Counted from the stretch's first letter, positions 1 through 6,651 are shown. The stretch is 24,000 nt of DNA from Shewanella decolorationis S12 (GCF_000485795.1 NZ_AXZL01000076.1:559895-583894); one strand, 5' to 3'. Program-made: numbers and translations. The notes: generated from the sequence alone by a model not told the origin.

Positions 1-1230
1 GATATATTCCAGCTCATCGACCGCCCAATTGCCCTTGGTCAATTGGGTCTTCAGCTTACCTTTTAGGTCAAACAAATACAGATGATTAAAGCCGTCGCGC
101 TCCGAGGCCCAAATAAAGGCCGATTGTTGCTTTAAGAAGTGCAGGTCATTGTTAAGATTCACCCAAGCATCGCTACGCTCTTTAACTAAGGTTTTCGGCT
201 TGGTCAGCGCATCGAGCGCCACCAGTTGCAGGTCTAATTTTTGTTGATCGCGGCTCTGCCACTGGAAGGATAAATGCTTGCTATCGGGCAACCAATCGAC
301 GCGAGGCAGGTAAATATCCTTATTTTTATCATCGCTTAAGGTCACCCAATTGATGGCTTTATTACTTAACGTCACCACGCCCAGTTGGATCTCGACATTG
401 TTTTTACCCGCCGCCGGATAACGCTGCTCGGTAAGCTTAATGCCATCGGCGTAGATTTCATTGCGGGTGACTAACTCAACGCCAGACTCATCGATACGGG
501 TAAAGGCGATGGCCGACTCATCGGGAGCCCACCAGTAACCCGTCATGCGATCCATTTCTTCCTGGGCGACAAATTCTGCCATGGCATTTTTAATCGCGCC
601 GCCACCATCTGTGGTCATGGCCTCAAGCTTTTTAGTTGCTAAATTGAGCACATACAGATTTTGGTCCCGCACGAAAGATACAAAGTTGCCCTTGGGCGAT
701 AGGCGAGCATCGGTGGCAAAGCCCTCGCCAATCGGCAGTAAGCTAACGCTGTTATCCGCCAAGGAGAAGTAATACAAATTACCCGAGGCAGGGATCAACA
801 GCGCCTTGCTATCGTCGGCCCAGAAATATTCCATAATGCCTTCGCCATAAATACGTTGGCGCTCGCGGCGGGCCTTTTCTTCATCGGACAGTTCATTGCT
901 CGCCAGCTTATCGGCATTTAGCAATAGGCTAGATTCGCCCGTTTTCACGTCCATCTGCCAGAGATCGTAAAAGTTCTGGTTGTCTTTACGCCCCGCAAGG
1001 TAGGTCACCCTCTGGCCATCGGGGGATAACTTTAATCCACGGGGACTGGTGCCCGCCAAGGCAGGCGACGCATTCATGCGCTCGATAGTCAGCGGCGTTG
1101 TGCCGCCCTCAAGCGCATAGGCGGGGGTCAATATCGCGCTAGAAACCATGGCCAGTTGACTCGCTATCAGTAGGGATGAGGCGCCCAATGTCACCGAGCG
1201 CAGGGAAGAAGCTAACCCATTTTTAGTCAT
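1..1230 (-). CDS. Dipeptidyl-peptidase IV family serine peptidase (S9B), N-terminal 410 codons; the gene continues beyond the window start
   Basis: Absent from the ORF track because it is open at the window edge. My minus-strand translation from the ATG at 1230..1228 is stop-free to nt 1. It begins MTKNGLASSLRSVTLGASSLLIASQLAMVSSAILTPAYA (signal-peptide-like). It continues ...TIERMNASPALAGTSPRGLKLSPDGQRVTYL...NFYDLWQMDVKTGES...AEFVAQEEMDRMTGYWWAPDES...LPRVDWLPDS...SERDGFNHLYLFDLKGK. I recognise these blocks from the DPP-IV N-terminal beta-propeller region. Confidence 0.8.
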   Translation of the reverse strand, partial: MTKNGLASSLRSVTLGASSLLIASQLAMVSSAILTPAYALEGGTTPLTIERMNASPALAGTSPRGLKLSPDGQRVTYLAGRKDNQNFYDLWQMDVKTGESSLLLNADKLASNELSDEEKARRERQRIYGEGIMEYFWADDSKALLIPASGNLYYFSLADNSVSLLPIGEGFATDARLSPKGNFVSFVRDQNLYVLNLATKKLEAMTTDGGGAIKNAMAEFVAQEEMDRMTGYWWAPDESAIAFTRIDESGVELVTRNEIYADGIKLTEQRYPAAGKNNVEIQLGVVTLSNKAINWVTLSDDKNKDIYLPRVDWLPDSKHLSFQWQSRDQQKLDLQLVALDALTKPKTLVKERSDAWVNLNNDLHFLKQQSAFIWASERDGFNHLYLFDLKGKLKTQLTKGNWAVDELEYI

Positions 1231-1528
1231 TATTATTCCTTGGAAGCATATTCGCCTTTAGGTGGCGATTAAATAACTGCCGCCATTGTGCCAGAGGCAA
1301 AGCCTAAATAAAAAGCGCAGGCAATATACAGATACAAATTAGCAGGCAAACTCCTTAAATTAGCTCAATTTTCAAGATAACCAACATCGCCTTGCGATAA
1401 CAGATAACGGTAACAACCTAAATTGCGTAAAACCCACAGCAACATCGCTGAAATTGTCGACTAACTGAGTTATTATTCGCGGCAAATAATGAAATTGACC
1501 TCAATGTTGAACCCCTAAAGGACCTAAC

Positions 1529-2521
1529 ATGCAGACTCTTGCCCAGCACTTAACCTCAAAGGCAGTGAACGAATCCCTCGCGCAACTGATTTTGACCTTA
1601 GCCGACACCTCCAAAGCCATCAGCCATGCCGTGCGCCACGGTGCCTTAGCTGGCGTGTTAGGCGCGACCGAACAGGAAAACGTGCAAGGTGAAACCCAGA
1701 AAAAACTGGATATCATCACCAACGATATGCTCAAAGATGCATTAAAAGCCGACGGTACAGTGCGCGGCTTAGCCTCAGAGGAAGAAGATCATGTGGTTGA
1801 AGTCAGCGCCAATGGTCAATATCTGGTGTGTTTCGACCCTTTAGATGGTTCATCGAATATCGATATCAACTCGCTGGTCGGCACCATTTTCTCTGTCCTG
1901 CCCGCCCCTGCTGGCGAGCTGACTGAAACGAGCTTTTTACAATCTGGCCGCAATCAGTTAGCCGCAGGTTATGTGCTCTACGGCCCATCAACCATGCTCG
2001 CGCTCACCACAGGCCAAGGCGTGCAACTCTTTACCTTGCACCCAGAAACCAACGAATTTTTACTGACCAACGCGGCCATGAGCATCAGCCCAGACACCCA
2101 AGAGTTCGCCATTAACATGTCGAACCAACGTTTTTGGGAAGCGCCAATGCAGACCTATATCGCCGATTTACTGCTAGGCAAAATTGGCCCGCGCGAAAAA
2201 TCCTTCAACATGCGCTGGATTGCCGCCATGGTGGGTGACGTGCACCGCGTACTTTCTCGCGGCGGTATCTTTACTTACCCAACCGACAATAAAGATCCGA
2301 AAAAGCCATACAAGCTGCGTTTAATGTACGAAGCCAACCCAATGGCCCTTTTAGTCGAGCAAGCTGGCGGTAAAGCCTCTACCGGTTATGAAACCATTCT
2401 GGATATTCAACCAACGCAAATTCACCAACGCGTTGCTGTTATCCTCGGTAGCGCCAATGAAGTGGACGCTTGCCTAAGCTACCATGGTTTGGACTATAGC
2501 GAAGAACCCAATCTGGACTAA
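1529..2521 (+). CDS. fbp: Fructose-1,6-bisphosphatase class 1
   Basis: 330-aa ORF. It carries the class-1 FBPase metal-binding block [11 protein letters not shown] and the C-terminal [24 protein letters not shown] block. Length is typical. A terminator hairpin follows. Confidence 0.95.
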   Translation: MQTLAQHLTSKAVNESLAQLILTLADTSKAISHAVRHGALAGVLGATEQENVQGETQKKLDIITNDMLKDALKADGTVRGLASEEEDHVVEVSANGQYLVCFDPLDGSSNIDINSLVGTIFSVLPAPAGELTETSFLQSGRNQLAAGYVLYGPSTMLALTTGQGVQLFTLHPETNEFLLTNAAMSISPDTQEFAINMSNQRFWEAPMQTYIADLLLGKIGPREKSFNMRWIAAMVGDVHRVLSRGGIFTYPTDNKDPKKPYKLRLMYEANPMALLVEQAGGKASTGYETILDIQPTQIHQRVAVILGSANEVDACLSYHGLDYSEEPNLD

Positions 2522-2552
2522 GCCGAATCGCTTACATCTTGATTTCTATGAT

Positions 2553-2582
2553 AAAAGCCACTGACCACAGTGGCTTTTTTGT
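2553..2582 (+). terminator. Rho-independent terminator of fbp
   Basis: Stem gccactg (2557-2563), loop acca, stem cagtggc (2568-2574), then a T6 run. An A-run precedes the stem. Confidence 0.7.
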
Positions 2583-2610
2583 TGTCGCGGAATGCGACAA
2601 TTTGAGTTTT
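2582..2610 (+). terminator. Second hairpin directly after the fbp terminator (possible tandem terminator)
   Basis: ttgtcgc (2582-2588), loop ggaat, gcgacaa (2594-2600), followed by tttgagtttt. Confidence 0.35.
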
Positions 2611-2633
2611 GATGCGGCTTTACCGCCGGAGTC

Positions 2634-2682
2634 ATTGCGGCCTAACGGCCGAGGTGAATCAAGATCGTGGGGCTTCACCCTC
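2634..2682 (+). repeat. REP-like ~50-nt hairpin unit, copy U1 (degenerate)
   Basis: attgcggcctaacggccgaggtgaatcaagatcgtggggcttcaccctca. It shares the cggcc-N4-ggccg hairpin and the gtgggg..cttc..accc module with the units at 2748, 5741, 5859 and 5934. Confidence 0.7.
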
Positions 2683-2747
2683 AATCAATTGTGATGATTT
2701 GTTTGGTGTATCACTAACAAAGTTATCGCTGTGAATCGCGATTAGAA

Positions 2748-3038
2748 ATTGCGGCCTTACGGCCGAGATGAATCAAAGTCGTGGGTCTTCAACCCACACC
2801 CGACCAAGAGGGGATCAACAGCAATTCCCTCTTGGATCTCCCTTGCCGCCCCTAGCGAAGTTACATGCATTAGAGACTGGCCTTGGTCTTATGGATAAAT
2901 TGCTATCGCTTCCGAAGGATGCGTCCCTGCACCTGCGAAAGCTAGCCGGTCATCCATGACCGGACTCACGCAATTTATTCCAACGCCCCGCGGCAACTTC
3001 GCAGGGGAAGGTGAACTGCTGGTGTATTGGTGTTGGCT
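2748..3038 (+). repeat. Long (~290 bp) structured repeat, copy L; its outer 60 nt form REP-like unit U2. Candidate ncRNA or ssDNA-structure element.
   Basis: Aligns end to end with the reverse complement of 5506-5797, at roughly 85-90 % identity by eye. The copies differ by compensatory changes in three hairpins. They also share perfectly identical 69-nt and ~47-nt blocks. Confidence 0.85.
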
Positions 3039-3163
3039 GCGGTTAACTGAAAAAGATATACATGTTTCATCTTTGAAGAACATTAACACAAAAGTTTAAT
3101 AGATGGATGTAATTGATTATGCGATACTTTAGGTAACGTAGAAAACTCTAACTGGATTAATGA

Positions 3164-4204
3164 ATGTCTTCAGCAGCAACTGTACCTTCAACAGCTACGC
3201 CTACTAAACAACAGGTATTGTTGAAAGGATTAGAAAGCACAGGTGAGCAATCTTTTGCTCGTGTAGTCGGAGCGAATTACGGCTTCCGCATTTCTAATCG
3301 CTGGGAGAAAACTGCTGTTAATATTGACGAAGATATAAAGTCAACGAATAGCAAGTACCAAAATTGTACAGTTGATAATTTAGAGAACCTGGTTGATAGA
3401 GTCATTATATCGGCTAATCATCATTACACTATTTACAAAGTTTCACAGAAAGATGCAATCCAAATCAGGCAGGAATTGTCAGCCTTAGTTGGACAACCTG
3501 TTAACAATATCTTTGCTCAAACTTACCCCGCTTTAGTCGATTTTAACTCCGTTAATCCTGCCGCAGGGGAGTACCTTTGTAAAGTAGCTGATATGGGAGA
3601 TGGAATTGCTTGTATCTTTGCGTCTATAGTAAAAGAATCGCTACCAGGGTATCGAACTATGACTGCTGGAGTGATTACCTCACAGTACTTTCATACTGTC
3701 TTTGTACCTTACGCTGCCGATAGAATCGAGGTTCGGATAACAGATAATGCTCCAACAAGGTACCATGAGAAACACGCTACAGCGATCAAAATTGAATTCC
3801 AAAATATTATTGGTCAAAAAGGAGTTCACTACCCAACCACACAAGTGAATTTCTTTAAATGTATTGAATCTTATTTTAATGATCCAACTTCAGGTCGAAT
3901 AGCGCATGCAATTTTGACTACAGGTCAAGATAGTAAAGATGCGGAATTGAAAAGCTTACGAAGTAAAGATTACTGTGCCAGAACGCAGCAAGTTGTTGAT
4001 AAAAAGAACAACTTCAACTACGTTTGCCGGGCTATTTTACTTAGAAAGCCCTACACAGGAATCAGTACTGGTGAGATGGATATCAGCTTTTTTCCTCACA
4101 AAAACACATGGGAAGCAAATTTTTGCTGGTGCGTACAAGTAAAAAAACCGCAAACAAGTGCAGCTTTGAATTTAATCATTACTGATGCTATAGCGAGAAG
4201 CTAA
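3164..4204 (+). CDS. Hypothetical protein, 346 aa, no family recognised
   Basis: Long ORF in AT-rich DNA, where random ORFs of this size are unlikely. It is first in a tightly packed three-gene set; its stop is 2 nt before the next ATG. The SD is weak. Confidence 0.75.
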   Translation: MSSAATVPSTATPTKQQVLLKGLESTGEQSFARVVGANYGFRISNRWEKTAVNIDEDIKSTNSKYQNCTVDNLENLVDRVIISANHHYTIYKVSQKDAIQIRQELSALVGQPVNNIFAQTYPALVDFNSVNPAAGEYLCKVADMGDGIACIFASIVKESLPGYRTMTAGVITSQYFHTVFVPYAADRIEVRITDNAPTRYHEKHATAIKIEFQNIIGQKGVHYPTTQVNFFKCIESYFNDPTSGRIAHAILTTGQDSKDAELKSLRSKDYCARTQQVVDKKNNFNYVCRAILLRKPYTGISTGEMDISFFPHKNTWEANFCWCVQVKKPQTSAALNLIITDAIARS

Positions 4205-4206
4205 TA

Positions 4207-4620
4207 ATGAGTATTGAAAGTAGGATTAAGGAATATTCGGCTAGACTCGATCGGTTGGCCGAGAGGCTAAAAGATGAGGATTCATCTAATGTCAATATAT
4301 ACAGAAATTTCTTAACTTTTGTTTCTGATAATCCAGATCATACTTACTATCCAATAACTAAGTTACTTACTGCAGCCAAGTGTAAAGATGCCAATCAAGC
4401 TCTAGATGTGGCAAATTATTTCTCAGTGGGTAGAAATGCACTACTAAACGTTACATTTTGCTATTTTGATTTCGATGGCACTGATATCAGAATTGATAGA
4501 GAGTGCTTTATTGATAGCCTCAATAACAATACTCCACCTGTTGAAGATGAGACTGGTTATCCAATAGATAACTTCGAGCCATCGCGACTAGGTTTTTATT
4601 GTAACTTGATTAGCGAGTAA
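4207..4620 (+). CDS. Hypothetical small acidic protein, 137 aa
   Basis: ORF starting 2 nt after the upstream stop (gctaaTAATGagt). Its composition matches the neighbouring ORFs. No domain recognised. Confidence 0.7.
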   Translation: MSIESRIKEYSARLDRLAERLKDEDSSNVNIYRNFLTFVSDNPDHTYYPITKLLTAAKCKDANQALDVANYFSVGRNALLNVTFCYFDFDGTDIRIDRECFIDSLNNNTPPVEDETGYPIDNFEPSRLGFYCNLISE

Positions 4621-4628
4621 GTTGTGAC

Positions 4629-5462
4629 GTGAATAAAACCGATCAAGAGTTGTTTGAAGTTTTAATATCAACGCCAGAAGGTAAAAAGAAGCTTCAACAA
4701 ATAGCGAAATCTTGTGAAAATCATTATAACGCTTTCATAGATGTCCTATATGCTAGACTGGATACTATCTTTAAAAAGCTAGAAGATTCAAGGGATAAGC
4801 ATTTTTCACATGATGAAGATTCAATAACCGGAGTTATTGCTGGGCGGCTTGAAGAAGCCGGATATATTGCTACAGAACAAACAAAGAAAAATGGTGCTGT
4901 AGATTTAACTGTTCAGCTAGGTGATCATAAGTGGATTGCTGAAGCTAAGATAGCTTACTCAAACAGTAAAATATTAGAGGGATTGTTACAACTACTAACT
5001 CGTTATGTCACAAGAGACGAGCACGCTGGATTACTGGTTTATATCAAAAAAAACAATAGTAAAATGGTGTTAGAAGATTGGAAACGTTATTTAGAAGGTT
5101 GTGATGGTCTGAAATCGTACATAGCAAATAAAAATCCTGAAGTTAAAGATGATCTAGAGTGCATTCTTAACAATGTGGAAACTACCGATATTAATAATTT
5201 CTCTTTTAATTCTAAACATAATCTTGTCTGTGGTTCTTCAATTAAAGTCCAACATTTTTGTGCTGATCTTTATTTTAACCCTGCAGACATTAGTGGTAAC
5301 AGCAGTAAAAAACAAAGAAAAGACAATGCTATTAATAATTTAGCGAATTTATATTTTGAGCATTTAGATTCAAATAATAGTTTCGATAGTAATAAGTGTA
5401 TTGAGTTTTTAGAGAGATTGTTTAGAGATTTAGACCCCGACGATATAAGTCTAGACGAATAG
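4629..5462 (+). CDS. Hypothetical protein, 277 aa, with a PD-(D/E)xK nuclease-like core motif
   Basis: GTG start 8 nt after the upstream stop. Residues 60-125 read ...DEDSITGVIAGRLEEAGY...NGAVDLTV...HKWIAEAKIAY...LLQLLTRY. This fits helix-E / strand-D / strand-ExK / helix-Q of restriction-endonuclease-like folds (D92, E105, K107). The C-terminus is Asn/Asp-rich and of low complexity. Confidence 0.7.
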   Translation: MNKTDQELFEVLISTPEGKKKLQQIAKSCENHYNAFIDVLYARLDTIFKKLEDSRDKHFSHDEDSITGVIAGRLEEAGYIATEQTKKNGAVDLTVQLGDHKWIAEAKIAYSNSKILEGLLQLLTRYVTRDEHAGLLVYIKKNNSKMVLEDWKRYLEGCDGLKSYIANKNPEVKDDLECILNNVETTDINNFSFNSKHNLVCGSSIKVQHFCADLYFNPADISGNSSKKQRKDNAINNLANLYFEHLDSNNSFDSNKCIEFLERLFRDLDPDDISLDE

Positions 5463-5505
5463 GCTCCACGAAATATGGGACAGGCACAACTCTTTTGGGA
5501 TTTAG

Positions 5506-5797
5506 AGCCAACACCGATATAACAGAAGTTCACCATCCCCTGCGAAGTTGCCGCGGGGCGTTGGAATAAATTGCGTGAGTCCGGACATGGATGTCCGGCT
5601 AGCTTTCGTAGGTACAGGGACGTTGCCTTCGGAAGCGATAGCAATTTATCCATAAGACCAAGGCCAGTCTCTAATGCATGTAACTTCGCTAGGGACGCCG
5701 GGGGATTTCCAAAAGGGGAACAGGCGTTTTTCCCCTTTTGGTCGGGTGTGGGTTGAAGACCCACGACTTTGATTCACCTCGGCCGTTAGGCCGCAAT
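5506..5797 (-). repeat. Long (~290 bp) structured repeat, copy R (inverted relative to copy L); its outer end forms REP-like unit U3 (5741-5797)
   Basis: The reverse complement aligns with 2748-3038. It begins 44 nt after the stop of the third island ORF. Confidence 0.85.
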
Positions 5798-5858
5798 CAT
5801 TCACATACCCACAGCGATAATCTTGCCAATTCAAACGCTAAACAAACCAGCATTATTA

Positions 5859-5914
5859 TCGGGTGTGGGGTGAAGCCCCACGACTTTGATTTACCTCGGC
5901 CGTAAGGCCGCAAT
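5859..5914 (-). repeat. REP-like hairpin unit, copy U4
   Basis: The reverse complement reads attgcggccttacggccgaggtaaatcaaagtcgtggggcttcaccccacacccga. Its second stem gtgggg/ccccac covaries with gtgggt/acccac in U2 and U3. Confidence 0.75.
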
Positions 5915-5933
5915 CACTAAACTTCTACATAAG

Positions 5934-5984
5934 GTATGGGTTAAAGCCCCACGACTTTGACTTACCTCGGCCGTAAGGCCGCAA
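5934..5984 (-). repeat. REP-like hairpin unit, copy U5, abutting the stop codon of the 5987..6556 gene
   Basis: The reverse complement reads cttgcggccttacggccgaggtaagtcaaagtcgtggggctttaacccatac. It starts 2 nt after the TAG of the upstream minus-strand gene. Confidence 0.7.
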
Positions 5985-5986
5985 GA

Positions 5987-6556
5987 CTAACTTGCAACAC
6001 AAAGATTTTGCTGAATCTTCCAACGACGTTCCATGAGTGGAATCGAAAAACCATAACACACCACTACAATCAAAGGTTGAAGCTGAAAGCTCAACTCAGG
6101 CCATAACATAAAGGCTGCCACGCAAGCCACAGTGCGCACAATCGCATGCACAATGGCCACCTTTTGCGCCGCTAACACGCCGAAAACCAACCACATTAAT
6201 CCTGTTTGTACAGCAAGGGCGAAGGGCAAGGCTAAATAGTTTTCCATAAAAAAGGGAATACTGATGCTAAAGGTTAAAAAACTCATCCCCATCGCAGCCA
6301 AAAACACAGTCTCAAACCAATTACGATCAGCGCTTTTCTTGAAGGAGATATTCTCACCGGTGAGACGTGAGACTCCCATAGCAAGATAGACAATAGAACC
6401 CGTGCCGATAAATGTTGCCATCACCATTTGCGATGCTGGCAAAATAAAACTCAAGATAAACAATAGCGTCCATACAATCATGCCTGATACAGGCATAGCT
6501 AAAGCACGTTTTTGGCGGTATTCGATAAGTTGTTGATCCAGTGATTGATGTTGCAT
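5987..6556 (-). CDS. Hypothetical polytopic inner-membrane protein (~190 aa)
   Basis: Five or six hydrophobic segments. I prefer the internal ATG at 6556 (MQHQSLDQQLIEYRQK...), which is preceded by a strong SD (caAGGAGGcttaatcATG). The track start at 6643 has no such SD. Confidence 0.7.
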   Translation of the reverse strand: MQHQSLDQQLIEYRQKRALAMPVSGMIVWTLLFILSFILPASQMVMATFIGTGSIVYLAMGVSRLTGENISFKKSADRNWFETVFLAAMGMSFLTFSISIPFFMENYLALPFALAVQTGLMWLVFGVLAAQKVAIVHAIVRTVACVAAFMLWPELSFQLQPLIVVVCYGFSIPLMERRWKIQQNLCVAS

Positions 6557-6635
6557 GATTAAGCCTCCTTGTTGGTATGGCTTAAGTATCCCTGCATCCG
6601 CTAAATCACGGCAGTGTGAGTTGTCAGCAATTACG

Positions 6636-6651
6636 GATGACAAATGTCATC
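6636..6651. promoter_or_regulatory. 7-2-7 perfect inverted repeat gatgaca-aa-tgtcatc; candidate operator upstream of the membrane-protein gene
   Basis: Centred ~87 bp upstream of the ATG at 6556 and just upstream of a ttgctgaca (-35-like) string on the minus strand. The 2-nt centre is too small for a hairpin loop, so a dimeric protein site is more likely. Confidence 0.3.

Noticed and set aside
545-772. 75-aa + strand ORF
   Set aside because: It is antisense to the DPP-IV-family gene, which translates without stops across this region.
1447-1461. Cra/FruR-like sequence gctgaaattgtcgac upstream of fbp
   Set aside because: Only the left half-site (GCTGAA) resembles the consensus, and the right half does not. 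I also cannot assume the regulator is present in this organism.
2748-3038. Each 290-bp copy as a MITE with its own terminal inverted repeats
   Set aside because: The outer end (attgcggccttacggccgag) and the reverse complement of the inner end (agccaacaccaatacacc) show no similarity. I also see no flanking direct duplication. The idea cannot be excluded without genome-wide copies.
2768-3089. Track ORFs 2768..2959 (+, 63 aa) and 2889..3089 (-, 66 aa) inside repeat copy L
   Set aside because: They lie entirely within the structured repeat. The corresponding ORFs in copy R (5646..5834 and 5571..5756) share only short peptide stretches, because a 1-nt indel and the hypervariable loop shift the frame. 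Differences between the copies are paired stem changes, not synonymous-type changes. I judge them non-coding.
3269-3334. Possible nucleotidyltransferase-like G...DxD motif (GANYGFRISNRWEKTAVNIDEDI) in the 346-aa protein
   Set aside because: It lacks the hG[GS] glycine-serine signature, and I saw no supporting third acidic residue or fold pattern. The evidence is too weak to report as a call.
5270-5764. 164-aa minus-strand ORF overlapping the 3' end of the third island gene and repeat copy R
   Set aside because: It is antisense to a much better ORF for half its length and runs through the repeat for the rest. It has no SD and its sequence is of low complexity. It is most likely an artefact of the open frame in the repeat.
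2748-5797. Integron gene cassette (attC) or retron/DGR interpretation of the repeats
   Set aside because: There are no GTTRRRY/RYYYAAC core sites at the boundaries and no intI nearby. No reverse transcriptase is present anywhere in the window. The repeats are inverted, not the direct template/variable-repeat pair of a DGR, and they show no adenine-specific substitution pattern.
2634-5984. Could the ~55-nt repeated units be a CRISPR array?
   Set aside because: The units occur in both orientations with irregular spacing (about 65, 61 and 19 nt). They are imperfect copies that each contain two hairpins. No cas genes or leader are present. The pattern fits REP/BIME-like elements, not CRISPR.
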